This document shows positions 1-10,266 of a stretch of 64,000 nucleotides of DNA, piece after piece. This DNA comes from Cyanidioschyzon merolae (Eukaryota). A program made the translations under genes and the position numbers. The DNA lies in assembly GCA_000091205.1 (NCBI GenBank), contig AP006495.2; one strand, given 5' to 3'. Position 1 is the first letter of the stretch; every line of letters begins with the position of its first letter. The notes beneath the pieces are model-generated. The model worked only from the letters and a program-made list of their open reading frames with translations, was not told where the DNA came from and searched no databases.

Positions 1-2733
1 GATCGTCATCTGACTGAACAAGAGCACCCGATGTCCTGACTGACGCAGTTTGGGCAGCATACGGTCGAGGAGCTCGAACTTGCCCGATGTGCGCACGATC
101 CACAGCGGATCCAGGGCGCTGACCTCTTCCCAATCATAGAAGAGGTACGGATGATTGCACACTTTTTTCAACTGCATGACCACATTGTTGAAAAGACGTG
201 GCTTGCCGCCGGCGTTGAGCACCACCCCGATGTTGCTTTTCGCTTGGCGGTAGAGGATCTTTTGCCAGATAGATAGATCGCAGCGCAGCACGTGTTCGCG
301 TTTCTCGGGCAACTGATCCTCTACATCCGTTTTGAGACGTCGAAGTAAAAATGGGCGAAGAACGTGATGCAATCGGTTGATAATGAGCAAAACCTCCTCT
401 TCGGCGAGCTCCGGTTGGTCGCCAGTACCCAGGCTCTGAAACGGCGCACTAAACCAGGACTCGAAGGTATCGACACTATTGAAAATGTTCGGAAGTAGAA
501 AGTTAAGGAGCGCCCACAGTTCGGTGAGATTGTTCTGGAGCGGTGTGCCGGTCAAGAGAAGTCGATTTCGCGAGCGATACTTGACACCGAGTGTCATCGC
601 CAAGCGACAATGGGTGTTCTTCATGCGATGACCCTCGTCGACAATAATGTACTTCCAAAAGATCCGCGAGAGCGCTCGCTGGTCCCGTACGCAGTATTCA
701 TAGGTCGTCAACAGTACGTTGTATTGACCAGAGGCCATCTCGTATTGCTGAATCATGCGACGCGCGCTCTTGTCACCCCGATAGACGACCATTTTCATAT
801 GGGGTGCCCATGCTCGAAACTCGCGGACCCAGTTGCTGAGTGTGCTGAGCGGGACGACAATGAGATGTGGCCCCTGGACCCCTTTGTACTCCATGAGGTA
901 CGCCAACAGCGCAATCGTCTGGATCGTCTTGCCTAGACCCATTTCGTCTGCCAAGATGCCATTCAGATTGTTATTGTAGAGGGAAACCATCCACTGCAGA
1001 CCTTCGATCTGGTAGGGTTTGAGTTGGCCTCCACGCAGGGAGCTCGGCTGTTGCTCCACGAGCTCTCCAATGGAGTGGGTCTGCTGGTAGTACTCTTCTC
1101 GTCGCCGCCGCATGGCATCGAGCATATTTTCCGCGGGTGCTTGGGTGTCGTCCTTGTCGTCGACGCCATCATCATCATAGTCGTTGTCGTCGACGCCGTC
1201 ATCGACAGCGGCAGCTGTCGCTTCCGTCGCGTTTCTCATTCGACGCTCTTGTTCGCGCAACTGTTTGCGCTGGGCAGCCTGTGCCTTGCGGGCAGCCTCG
1301 CGCGCTTTGAGACCCACGAGTCCTTGTGCGTCCACGGCTTCGTTCACTCCGACGACATCTTTCTGTGCCTGCACCTTGGCGGTGATCAACGAAAGATAGT
1401 TCTCCGTCTGGCGAAGCACCTCCATGATGCGACTGTTCTTGGTTGCATCCAGCATGCGCAGGTACGCCTCTTCATCGTTCGCTCGAAGCGCTCGGAGCCG
1501 TTCCTGCTCTTCACGACGAGCTCGACGCTCTTCCTCGCGCATGCGGTCGCGAAAGTGCTTGTGCAGTGCCCTGTTCACGGCTTGACGTTCCTGGTTAATT
1601 TGCGTCCGAGCATCGCGGAAAGACTTGCCGTGCTCGAGAAGGCTCTCGAGGTACCGGGCGTGCCGGGCCCGTCGACGCTCCTCCTGCTCGGCCCGGTGAC
1701 GTTGGTACGCGAGTTTTTCATTCTCGCGTTGCCGCGCAGCTCGTCGACTGGCTGCGACCAGCGCTCCGAATTCCACAGCTTCACTTGTGATGCCGTACTC
1801 TGCCAGTGGATCCCGTCGCTGGCGATAGTAGGCCGCAATCGCCTCGGTTTCGACGGGTGCAACCAACAGGTACATTTCATTCAGCAGCGCTCGCCGAATG
1901 TTTCGCTGGCGATGGTGCAGCTGCAGTGCACGTCGCTCTATCTCCACCTTGATGGTGTCGTGCTCCTCCTCGGTCGCATGCTGCAAAAGCTCGTAGCGCT
2001 CTTGCAGGCGGCGCTCTATGCGCTGTTCCTGCTGCTCGAGCGCGTCGAGCCACTGTTCTATGGCAACGCGTTCGCTTGCTAACCCTGCTGCCAGAGAGCG
2101 CTCCGCGTCAGCGCCGCCATCAATATCCGTGAAGCCTGCAGGGTGCTCAGCGAGCGCCCACGACGGCCACATGAGCTGACCCCGCTCCCCAGCAGCAACG
2201 TCTGGCTGCGCGAGGCACTGGATGAGCGCGCGTTCGACACTGGAACCCCGACCAGCCAAGCGAATAGCTTGCAAGGCTGCGCGAAGCAATCGGTTCTGCC
2301 GCAACGGCAGTAAAAGGTCTTGTTGGGAAGTACCAACGGCCCGGAGGTGGGCAGGCAGCGACCCTGTGTTCGGCACCGGGCTTTTGCGCACCGTTCCAGA
2401 CAGAGCAGTGAAGCCGTTCAGCAGTTCTCGTTCGTTCGTCTCGGTGCCATACGCCTGATTCAACCAGTCATTGGTCTTCAGGTCGTTCAAAAACCGACCA
2501 AAGTCTTCAACACTGCACAACTTGGCCAGTCGCTGGAGCAGTTCCAGCAGCCGCTGGGCAGAAGCCGACTCCGGTGGCTGCCCGCACAAAGCGCTTACCT
2601 GTTGAACAAGCGTCCAAAACTGTTCCTCTGTACCTGACGCAACTCCATCTTGTGGATCCTGCCCGGATACCAGTGCAGTTTGCCCCAAATCGACTTTATC
2701 ATCCGGCCCCACGGTCATCGTTTCCAGCAACAT
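1..2733 (-). CDS. SWI2/SNF2-family chromatin-remodelling ATPase, Snf2/Brahma/Sth1 subfamily. The gene is 3'-truncated by the window edge and the start codon is tentative.
   Basis: Reverse-strand translation gives LKPYQIEGLQWMVSLYNNNLNGILADEMGLGKTIQTIAL (helicase motif I), DEGHRMKN (motif II), LLLTGTPLQNNL and KFELLDRMLPKL. Upstream is an R/E/Q-rich coiled-coil of HSA type. The frame is open from 2772 to position 1, and the first Met going downstream is at 2733. It is missing from the ORF track because no stop falls inside the window. Confidence 0.85.
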   Translation of the reverse strand, partial: MLLETMTVGPDDKVDLGQTALVSGQDPQDGVASGTEEQFWTLVQQVSALCGQPPESASAQRLLELLQRLAKLCSVEDFGRFLNDLKTNDWLNQAYGTETNERELLNGFTALSGTVRKSPVPNTGSLPAHLRAVGTSQQDLLLPLRQNRLLRAALQAIRLAGRGSSVERALIQCLAQPDVAAGERGQLMWPSWALAEHPAGFTDIDGGADAERSLAAGLASERVAIEQWLDALEQQEQRIERRLQERYELLQHATEEEHDTIKVEIERRALQLHHRQRNIRRALLNEMYLLVAPVETEAIAAYYRQRRDPLAEYGITSEAVEFGALVAASRRAARQRENEKLAYQRHRAEQEERRRARHARYLESLLEHGKSFRDARTQINQERQAVNRALHKHFRDRMREEERRARREEQERLRALRANDEEAYLRMLDATKNSRIMEVLRQTENYLSLITAKVQAQKDVVGVNEAVDAQGLVGLKAREAARKAQAAQRKQLREQERRMRNATEATAAAVDDGVDDNDYDDDGVDDKDDTQAPAENMLDAMRRRREEYYQQTHSIGELVEQQPSSLRGGQLKPYQIEGLQWMVSLYNNNLNGILADEMGLGKTIQTIALLAYLMEYKGVQGPHLIVVPLSTLSNWVREFRAWAPHMKMVVYRGDKSARRMIQQYEMASGQYNVLLTTYEYCVRDQRALSRIFWKYIIVDEGHRMKNTHCRLAMTLGVKYRSRNRLLLTGTPLQNNLTELWALLNFLLPNIFNSVDTFESWFSAPFQSLGTGDQPELAEEEVLLIINRLHHVLRPFLLRRLKTDVEDQLPEKREHVLRCDLSIWQKILYRQAKSNIGVVLNAGGKPRLFNNVVMQLKKVCNHPYLFYDWEEVSALDPLWIVRTSGKFELLDRMLPKLRQSGHRVLLFSQMTI

Positions 2734-4695
2734 ATGCGCAAGGTGATGTCGATTCGTGTCAAACGCTGCGTCCTACGGCAGGGCGCGTGCCGCGCTGTTG
2801 GGCGGGCGATGGCGTTGCTGTGCAAAGGAATTCCTTTACGGCACAAGGGAAACGTGGATGCTGGCGCAGCGCCGTACCCTCGAGTCCGCTTCTTTGATTT
2901 CAACTCAATTTCGTTGCACCCTCGCTGTGGTGTACTAGCAGGCGATCGACCTCAGGATGCAATATACCGGATGGAATGTGGATGAGTTGCCTGTAGGATA
3001 GATTCTTTACTGAAGTGTGCATCGAGGACTGCTTTCATTAATCAGGTCAGACATACCACAGTAATCAGACTTCTACCGAAATGGCAACTCCGGAATTCCG
3101 CGAACGTCGCTATCCAGATAAAGCACATGAACGTCGGTTTGTTTTCCCAGTCGATGAGACTTGCTTCGGACGAAGCGCTCGGAGCGTATATGGGTATGTC
3201 GGAAAGGATGCCCGTTGCACGTCCGAATGAACTCGAAGAGAACGATAGCATGATATATTCTGGGTGCAGGGGATTCATTTTGCGGCCTCAGGTTCGCTGG
3301 TAGTGGAGGCCCATGCAACAGCACCAATCACTTTGTCAAATCATTGCAGACTGGTGCCTGACGTCTGGCGACGTCCCCCTATTGGACGATGTGGTATTTG
3401 ACAATTCCGTTTGCGTTCGAGCTTTTGTGAATTTTATAGATGTCGAGCTGCTTCTCATTCCACAGTAGGTTCCGTGGTTCATCCCCATCGAAGGAGCGTT
3501 TCCTAATCGCCAAACGTAATGATCGCAAAACTGGGCGAATCGCTGAAGCGTCCCCCACACGTTTTTACTCCGAGGGCGCATTTCGTGTTTCTTCCACAAG
3601 TCCTCCTCGCTCCGGGATGGTGTGTACCTAAGAGTAGCAAGAAACGTGTTCATTTTTGAAGAAATACAATACCGAAGGAATGATCTGGGCTGTCCACTGT
3701 AGAAGGTCGAGATGGACCGAGGGCAGCGCATGGCTTCGGCGACAGAAAAATACGGAGCGATGACAGAGCACAAACTGGCATCAAGGTCTCGAGTTCGAGG
3801 ACTCGTTGCATTGGTGAGTCCCACCAGACGCAATAAACGCATGAAATTCATGACCCAACGCTTCAACGCTGCCATCAATACGACGAGATGTGTGGTACCG
3901 AAAAAGAGACCCACGGAGCTGAGGTGATCCAACTGAGTGGGAGCAGCTCTTCACCGATAGAATCGGCGAAGAGCTTCAACGCAACAGTAAGCGTAAATTA
4001 CCATGCAATCCAATGGAAGGACGTTGCCAGAAGCCGGAAAAAGTCTTCGATCATTCGACGAAATAGATCCTGTTGTATGAGCCTTATCTACGGGCCAGTA
4101 CTGAGGCCGCCAAATGAATCCACTGCAGCTAGATCAGAGGACGAAGAATACCTCGTTCCGATCGAGATCGATCGTCGATACAACGGGCGCCCTGCTCCTC
4201 GAATACCCATCTACAGTCCAACTATTTCGTCCGAGGCAAGCCGCACCAACTGAAGAAGAAAACCAACGTCCCTACACTGTGCACGGATCGCAACTTTCCA
4301 GTAAAGATGTCGTTGCTGTTTCGATGGAAATGGCCGTGATAGAACTAGAGTATTTTTCCGGACCGTATCCCAGTGTTCCCAGGATCACACGAACAAGCAG
4401 TAGAGCAGCAGAGACGCCCCCAGCTGCTACCAGGATCGCTTCTGCTTTCCCGAAACTATTCAACCGTGAACTTTTCTACCATTGATTTGAACCACGCTCT
4501 GACAAAACCAGCTTTTGAAGCGGTAAGCATCCAGCTCCTTCTTTCAGTATTCCTCATCCATCTGAGTACTACGGTACACCTGACGACCCCACGAAGGAAT
4601 GCAGTCCTCCTGGCACGATTCCGGAGAGCATCCATCCTACCGGCGATTTGTCTATAATCCAGAATCCGCATGACATAAGTGATGTCAATCGCCTG

Positions 4696-4728
<33 letters not shown>

Positions 4729-5055
4729 GGTGGAACGCAATTGACATGACAAGCGCCGACGCAGACGCGACGGACGGCAGAGAACGTCTGATGCACCACT
4801 CGTTTCGGTGCCCCGGTGGACTGCTCATCGGTGCAACGCTCTTCAAGTTCGTGTTCGTGCGTATCACGAGCACTGGTACACACTCGGGAGGACTGCGTTT
4901 TGTGGAGAGGGCTATCGAAGAGTGTGCGCTCTCGGACACGGGCAATAAGAGCGCTCGGTTGCTGTTCTTCTATTCTGTTGTTGTTGTTGTTGTTGCTATT
5001 GTTGTTGCACCTTGCTTCTGGTGACACACACCGAGTTTTCGCAAAAGGCAACGTA

Positions 5056-8000
5056 ATGCCAGGCAGCACACAGCGTGGTGGTTGGCGGGAACAACGACCA
5101 GCGCTTTCTCGAGGTACGCCGGTGAACCAGCGACGCTGGTCAGCGTGGCTTCCGCGACTCTCCTCATTGGTCGATGAGCAGCCCGTCCAGGACGTGCTGG
5201 ATGAGGTCCAGCAGCTGCTACTCGAACGCAGCACCTGGGTCACCTATGAGGACGGGGCGCGAGGCGGTGCATCCGGGCGCGGTGCAAACAAGCCGCCGGC
5301 GCCTTTTTCGTCTGCTGGCTGGGAACGGCTCCAGACACTCCTCGAAGTTGAAAAGGCCCTGGTTTCGGCACTGGGCCATCACTGCGAAGACGTGCGAGAT
5401 CGCGCCGTCGTCTTGCTCAGTGTGCTGTACGATGGGCACCCGCTGCAACTCGCCGGTGATGCGCTTCCTGTAGCCGTGACTTGTGTCGGAGAACCGGTCA
5501 CAGTTTGCATTCCATTTGCGAGCGAAGCAGATCGCGAGGCCTTCCAACCACAACGTGCCGTGTTGCGTCTGTTTCGGCCCTGGCCAAACAAAAACAAGAA
5601 TGGATATACTCGTGAAGTGCTGAGCAAACAGGCAACGAATAGTCTGCAGCTCGGAGGTAGTCGACCTCCGCGTTCGCCCAGCTCAGATGGCCCGCAACAA
5701 CGAAAACCGTCGTTGGCTACAGAGACAGGCCCGAATGCGACAAGCACGTCGCCTTCACGAGAGCAGACCGCTCAAGACTGGACAAACGCGGAAGAGGAAG
5801 CGGAACAGGAGCTTCCCGTAGGCACACACGCACTCTGGGCCGCTTGTCATGGACACTGGCAAAGCTACCCCATCAGCGTGCAGGGCGAGAGCATCCTCGT
5901 TCATCTGGGCAGTTTCGAGCAGCCGGGCTTTTACGACTGGTACATCGCTCGAGCTTCGGATGGTGTCGCCTCTCCGCTGGTAATCGCTCATCCGGTTGTC
6001 TATGCCGATGTACCGGGTATGGACTTTAGACGCCTGCGCGGCCGCTTCATCGTCCAGCCGAGGGGAGCGCGAGCCCATCGCCTCTATGAGATACCTGTTG
6101 ACCAGGTTGGCGCTCGCTGGGATGCCACCACAGGGGCGCTACTCTCCAGGGGCTCCTTCGATGCGGTGCAGGAGCTTCTGCCCCGTCTGGCAGCGAGCGG
6201 TATCACCGGGATATACGTGAGCGGCTGCCTGGAACGTCGCCTCGATGAGCACGAGCCGACACCGCACACCGTTGTCGATCGAGCGATGCCTGCCACGATC
6301 CTCGGCGGGGTGCACAAGTTCCGTCGAATGTGTGCAGAGGCCCGTCGACATCAACTGGCAACCATCGTGGACTGCTTGGATCGAGTGTCGCTGGCTCGAG
6401 CACACCGCCGCTACCGACGCATCGGCTATGTGCGTATTGTGGATGCGAAACGTCAGGTGCCTGCACTACCTCATCCTGGAACAGACTGTCACGAGGTCCA
6501 ATGGGAGGATACCGCTCTCCTGAACTACCGTCGCCTTGAGAGCTGGTATTCGCTCATTGAGGATATTTCGCAGATGGCGACTGAGCACGGTGCTGGCGGC
6601 GTTCGCCTCGACAATGCGCAGTGCGTTCCCTGTGTACTCGCTCCGGACGTTACCGAACTCGCACGTATCGACAACGACGGGATTGCGCACTATGACGACG
6701 AAGAGAAGGCATTTGGCGACGTGGTGCTGGCGAACGTCGAGGGTGGCTACTGGCGCACAGACGCCGCCATCGACGGCTATCCGAATCCTCTGCTGCTGAA
6801 ACTCACCCGCGAAATGTGGCACTGGAACCCCTCGTTCCTGGTTCTTGGTGAATCTCACTTTCATCGCGAGCGCAACCTCATTGTGAGCGGCCTGATTCCC
6901 CATACGCTGCGGGTGGCAACCATACTGGCCGGTATTTCGGGCAAGTCTCTCCGCCGCGATGGTTCCGTGCGCGCTCTCGGGGAGAACAAGCATCCCACTG
7001 TGGACTTTATCGCGCGTCTCTATCGCAATGATGCACATGCGATTCCCTCGGGGGCAATCATGGTCGGGGGCACCTGCTCCGACACCTCGCCCTACCCGAG
7101 TGTGCTCTATGGACGCCGAGCCTGGACCGCAGTCGATATGCTTTGTTTCCTGCCCGATATCCCGCTCTTACTTCTGGGCGAGGAGGATGGACGCGCCTAC
7201 CGCATCAACATGGCATCCGTCTCCCGAGAAGTAGATCCCGACACCAATCTGGAGCTGGAGGTGCCCAAGTCTCCGCGCCTGGGAGGTCACGGCCTGCCGC
7301 GCGGCTCCAGCGTCGCCTCGGGCATGAGCATGCTGCACCTGCAACAAACCAGTATGGGTGACGTACGGCGCCTGAAGCGCTCCGGCTCCCGCGAGACCGG
7401 TCTAGCGCGTCTGTCGAGTACCAACCTGCTGGGACGCAACACAACGAACCGTCGCGCGGACTCGGGAAGCATGTCGGGTGCGGCTGCTGCCATGGTGCGT
7501 TCGCGCTCCACCGAGGATATGCTGAAACTTTCGATTCGCTCGGTGTCAGCGGAGGATATTCGCCAACTCGATCTGGCCGAAGAGGATATTCGACGCGAGA
7601 TTGGTCCACAAGAGGGCTACGACATTCGCCAGATTCGCGGTCACTATGAGCATCGTCTACGTCTGCGGGCATCCTACGAGGCACTTCGCGAAGGACACAT
7701 GGTAGCACTCGTGGTGCGCGAGCAGGCCAAGTACCAGGTACTGGCCTTTGCTCGCTTCACGAGACAGCAAATCGTGCTACTCTTTATCAATGTTCGCGGT
7801 GGACACGACGGGGCACCGTTTGCCGTTCCCGTTGACACCATCGTAGATCTGCGACCGCTAGCAGAGGCACTTGTTGCGGCCGCTTTTCGAAATGGATGCA
7901 CGTATTTCGGTCCTTGGGATCGCATCATTGAACTGCGGGATTGTTTCACGGGGGCTCGAGAGCCGTCACGCTATGCGTTCGAAGAGTTTCTCTTTCGCCG

Positions 8001-10266
8001 CTTGCAGATCACGTTGAAGCCGCTAGAAACGCGGATCCTGGAACTGTGTCCTAGCTCGGAAGCGGCCGAGTCCAGCACCGATCTGCATCAGCAAACCGTC
8101 CAGCGTCTCGACGAAGACGATGAAATGTTGTTGGACGCCCGTGCCAACTGGCTCGCTGGCTACCTCGCTCGACACTGTTACGACTTGAAGGCTTTTGCCC
8201 GAGCGCTCGGCTTTCTCCAAGGCCTGCTTGCGCCCGGTAAGCAGCAACTGACCGAGGCTCGAGCTCGCCATCTGATGTGTGTCTGCCTGCAGCGAACAGC
8301 GCTGCTCGCCGGTGAGCAAGAGTATCCGCCACACGGTTTCCGTGCTGTCTCCGGCGAGCGTCTGCTTGCTTATCTTATGGTGCTGTCGAGTTGTGGAATT
8401 GATGCACTTCGCACCGTTGCACGACGCATCCTCTCCGGGAATCGAATGGGTCCGATCGTGCTCTTCAGTCCGGAGCTCGGTCGTTTCTCGAGCATCGGAG
8501 GTCTCGGTACCATGGTCGATGAACTCTCCAAAGGTCTCGCTGATCTCGGCCTCGACGTGTACGTCATCTCGCCAGCCTATACCTTCAATCGTCGTGGAGA
8601 GACGCGCTATCTCGAACGGGACGGTATTCGCTGGACCCGCAATATCGATGTGCGTATCGGGAACGTTGGTGTCGCCACGCTGGGCATCTTCGAAGGCATT
8701 GAAAACAGTGTTCGTCTGATTTTCTTTGAAAATCACTCGTACTTCCCGCGAGTCTACCAGGATCTGGGCTCTCAGGCGCGCATGATGGAGATGCTGGTCC
8801 TTGCGAATCGGGGAGTGCTTGAAATATGCTGCCACAAGCAGTTGCGACCCAGCCTCTTGGTGACCAACGATTGGATGGGGGGTCTGGTTCCCGCCTACGG
8901 GCGACTGGGCTATTTTGGTGGCTATTTCGACGACACCTGTTTCTTCCATATTGTGCACAACCTTGGCGATGCAGCCTACGAGGGTCGTCTCTACCCGAGT
9001 CCAGCTGAGGCCGGATTCGAGGCCATTCATCAGCTACCTCGCGACATTGTCATTGATCCTACCTGGAATCGCGTCGTTGTGAACCCCAGTCGTGCCGCCT
9101 TCAAGTGTGCGCACAGCTGGGGCACCGTCTCGCCGAGCTACCTGGAGGAGTTGCTCACGAATCACCCACTGCGTCCCGTGATGCGTCTCTGTCGAGCGCC
9201 ATTCGGGACGTCCAACGGTATTCGTGTGCAGGATCGTTTGGCGTTACTGCGTCGGGTAGCGTCGAGCCACGAGGAGGCCAAGAGCGTTCTCCAGAGCAAA
9301 TACTTTGGAGTGACGGATCCGGGGATTCCGGTGTTTGCATTTGTCGGGCGTCTGACGAGTCAGAAAGGGGTGCACCTGATTCTCTCGGCAACAGATGCAC
9401 TGATGAATCTGGCTGGCCCCAGCAAGTGCCAGATCCTCATAGGCGGCATGGCGAACCGGGCGGATCCGTACGGTGCGGACTGTGCTCGACGCTGCAACGA
9501 GCTCAAGCAACGCTACCGGGGGTATTTTTCTGCTGACCCGGATAACTTTTTCCATGATGGACCGTTGGTCAACTTGGGCGCCGACTTTTGCCTCATGCCC
9601 TCGTTGTTCGAGCCCGGCGGCATTGTACAGCAGGAGTTCTTCGTGGTAGGCACCCCGGTGATCGCGTACCGCACCGGTGGCCTGAAAGACACGGTGATCG
9701 AATGGGATCCGGTGGAGCTCACCGGATCCGGGTTCGTATTCCACGAGTATACGATGGATGATTTTCTGGCTGCTTGCAAACGAGCGCTCCGCGTCTACGC
9801 CAAGCCGGACGAGTACCAGCTTCTGCGGGAGTCGACCCGCGAGTTTGTCATTGATGTTGCCCAGGTTGCCGAGGCGTGGTCGCGGGAATTCCATCGGGTC
9901 AAGAACATCATCCCGTGTCGGGATGATGTGTTGGCTCTGGATCTGGAAGCGGTGGCGAGCGAGCTCTCCAGTGCCGTCAAGGATGGTGTTTGTGTACCAG
10001 CGGTGCCCGTGGATATCGATTGGCCCGATGCATCCGCTTCCAGTGTCTCTGTGAAGGGTTCCTTTGATGGCTGGAGTCGTGAATGGCCCCTGCGTCGTGA
10101 CTCAGGCAAAGCAAACGCATGGGAGCGCACGTTCTGGCTACCACCGGGTACCTACGAGATCAAGTACCGCGTGGACGGCGAGTGGCTTGTTCACCCGCAC
10201 AAACCAGTAACGAATACGAGCGGGCTCTTGAATAACCTGCTGGAGGTGCCTCGACAGACCCCATAA
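5056..10266 (+). CDS. Large multidomain alpha-glucan synthase-like protein. From N to C it has a divergent GH13 (alpha-amylase family) domain, a GT5 glycogen/starch-synthase domain and a C-terminal CBM48 (AMPK-beta glycogen-binding) domain.
   Basis: GH13-like region: GITGIYVSGCLERR and GVRLDNAQ (compare GFRLDAAKH), followed by LGES. GT5 region: FSSIGGLGTMVDELSKGLADLGLDVYVISPAY and GTPVIAYRTGGLKDTV (glycogen-synthase C-terminal motif). CBM48 region: KGSFDGWSREWPLRR...LPPGTYEIKYRVDGEWLVHPHKP. The ORF call begins at a GTG at 4816; the first ATG in frame is 5056. Confidence 0.85.
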   Translation: MPGSTQRGGWREQRPALSRGTPVNQRRWSAWLPRLSSLVDEQPVQDVLDEVQQLLLERSTWVTYEDGARGGASGRGANKPPAPFSSAGWERLQTLLEVEKALVSALGHHCEDVRDRAVVLLSVLYDGHPLQLAGDALPVAVTCVGEPVTVCIPFASEADREAFQPQRAVLRLFRPWPNKNKNGYTREVLSKQATNSLQLGGSRPPRSPSSDGPQQRKPSLATETGPNATSTSPSREQTAQDWTNAEEEAEQELPVGTHALWAACHGHWQSYPISVQGESILVHLGSFEQPGFYDWYIARASDGVASPLVIAHPVVYADVPGMDFRRLRGRFIVQPRGARAHRLYEIPVDQVGARWDATTGALLSRGSFDAVQELLPRLAASGITGIYVSGCLERRLDEHEPTPHTVVDRAMPATILGGVHKFRRMCAEARRHQLATIVDCLDRVSLARAHRRYRRIGYVRIVDAKRQVPALPHPGTDCHEVQWEDTALLNYRRLESWYSLIEDISQMATEHGAGGVRLDNAQCVPCVLAPDVTELARIDNDGIAHYDDEEKAFGDVVLANVEGGYWRTDAAIDGYPNPLLLKLTREMWHWNPSFLVLGESHFHRERNLIVSGLIPHTLRVATILAGISGKSLRRDGSVRALGENKHPTVDFIARLYRNDAHAIPSGAIMVGGTCSDTSPYPSVLYGRRAWTAVDMLCFLPDIPLLLLGEEDGRAYRINMASVSREVDPDTNLELEVPKSPRLGGHGLPRGSSVASGMSMLHLQQTSMGDVRRLKRSGSRETGLARLSSTNLLGRNTTNRRADSGSMSGAAAAMVRSRSTEDMLKLSIRSVSAEDIRQLDLAEEDIRREIGPQEGYDIRQIRGHYEHRLRLRASYEALREGHMVALVVREQAKYQVLAFARFTRQQIVLLFINVRGGHDGAPFAVPVDTIVDLRPLAEALVAAAFRNGCTYFGPWDRIIELRDCFTGAREPSRYAFEEFLFRRLQITLKPLETRILELCPSSEAAESSTDLHQQTVQRLDEDDEMLLDARANWLAGYLARHCYDLKAFARALGFLQGLLAPGKQQLTEARARHLMCVCLQRTALLAGEQEYPPHGFRAVSGERLLAYLMVLSSCGIDALRTVARRILSGNRMGPIVLFSPELGRFSSIGGLGTMVDELSKGLADLGLDVYVISPAYTFNRRGETRYLERDGIRWTRNIDVRIGNVGVATLGIFEGIENSVRLIFFENHSYFPRVYQDLGSQARMMEMLVLANRGVLEICCHKQLRPSLLVTNDWMGGLVPAYGRLGYFGGYFDDTCFFHIVHNLGDAAYEGRLYPSPAEAGFEAIHQLPRDIVIDPTWNRVVVNPSRAAFKCAHSWGTVSPSYLEELLTNHPLRPVMRLCRAPFGTSNGIRVQDRLALLRRVASSHEEAKSVLQSKYFGVTDPGIPVFAFVGRLTSQKGVHLILSATDALMNLAGPSKCQILIGGMANRADPYGADCARRCNELKQRYRGYFSADPDNFFHDGPLVNLGADFCLMPSLFEPGGIVQQEFFVVGTPVIAYRTGGLKDTVIEWDPVELTGSGFVFHEYTMDDFLAACKRALRVYAKPDEYQLLRESTREFVIDVAQVAEAWSREFHRVKNIIPCRDDVLALDLEAVASELSSAVKDGVCVPAVPVDIDWPDASASSVSVKGSFDGWSREWPLRRDSGKANAWERTFWLPPGTYEIKYRVDGEWLVHPHKPVTNTSGLLNNLLEVPRQTP

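Noticed and set aside
1024-2082. 352-aa + strand ORF with low-complexity translation.
   Set aside because: Antisense shadow of the SNF2 gene on the - strand, in the same codon register. GC-rich genomes produce long spurious antisense ORFs.
3000-4700. Lower-GC interval with several 60-200-aa ORFs (3336-3932 on the - strand, 3888-4253 on the + strand).
   Set aside because: No motifs. More likely the shared 5' intergenic or promoter region between the divergently oriented SNF2 and synthase genes.
8023-9030. 335-aa - strand ORF inside the large synthase gene. There are similar ones at 6466-7038, 9244-9894, 30704-31315, 31950-32666, 35226-35885, 43116-43601 and 39700-40431.
   Set aside because: All lie antisense to, or out of frame within, well-supported genes and have no recognisable motifs.
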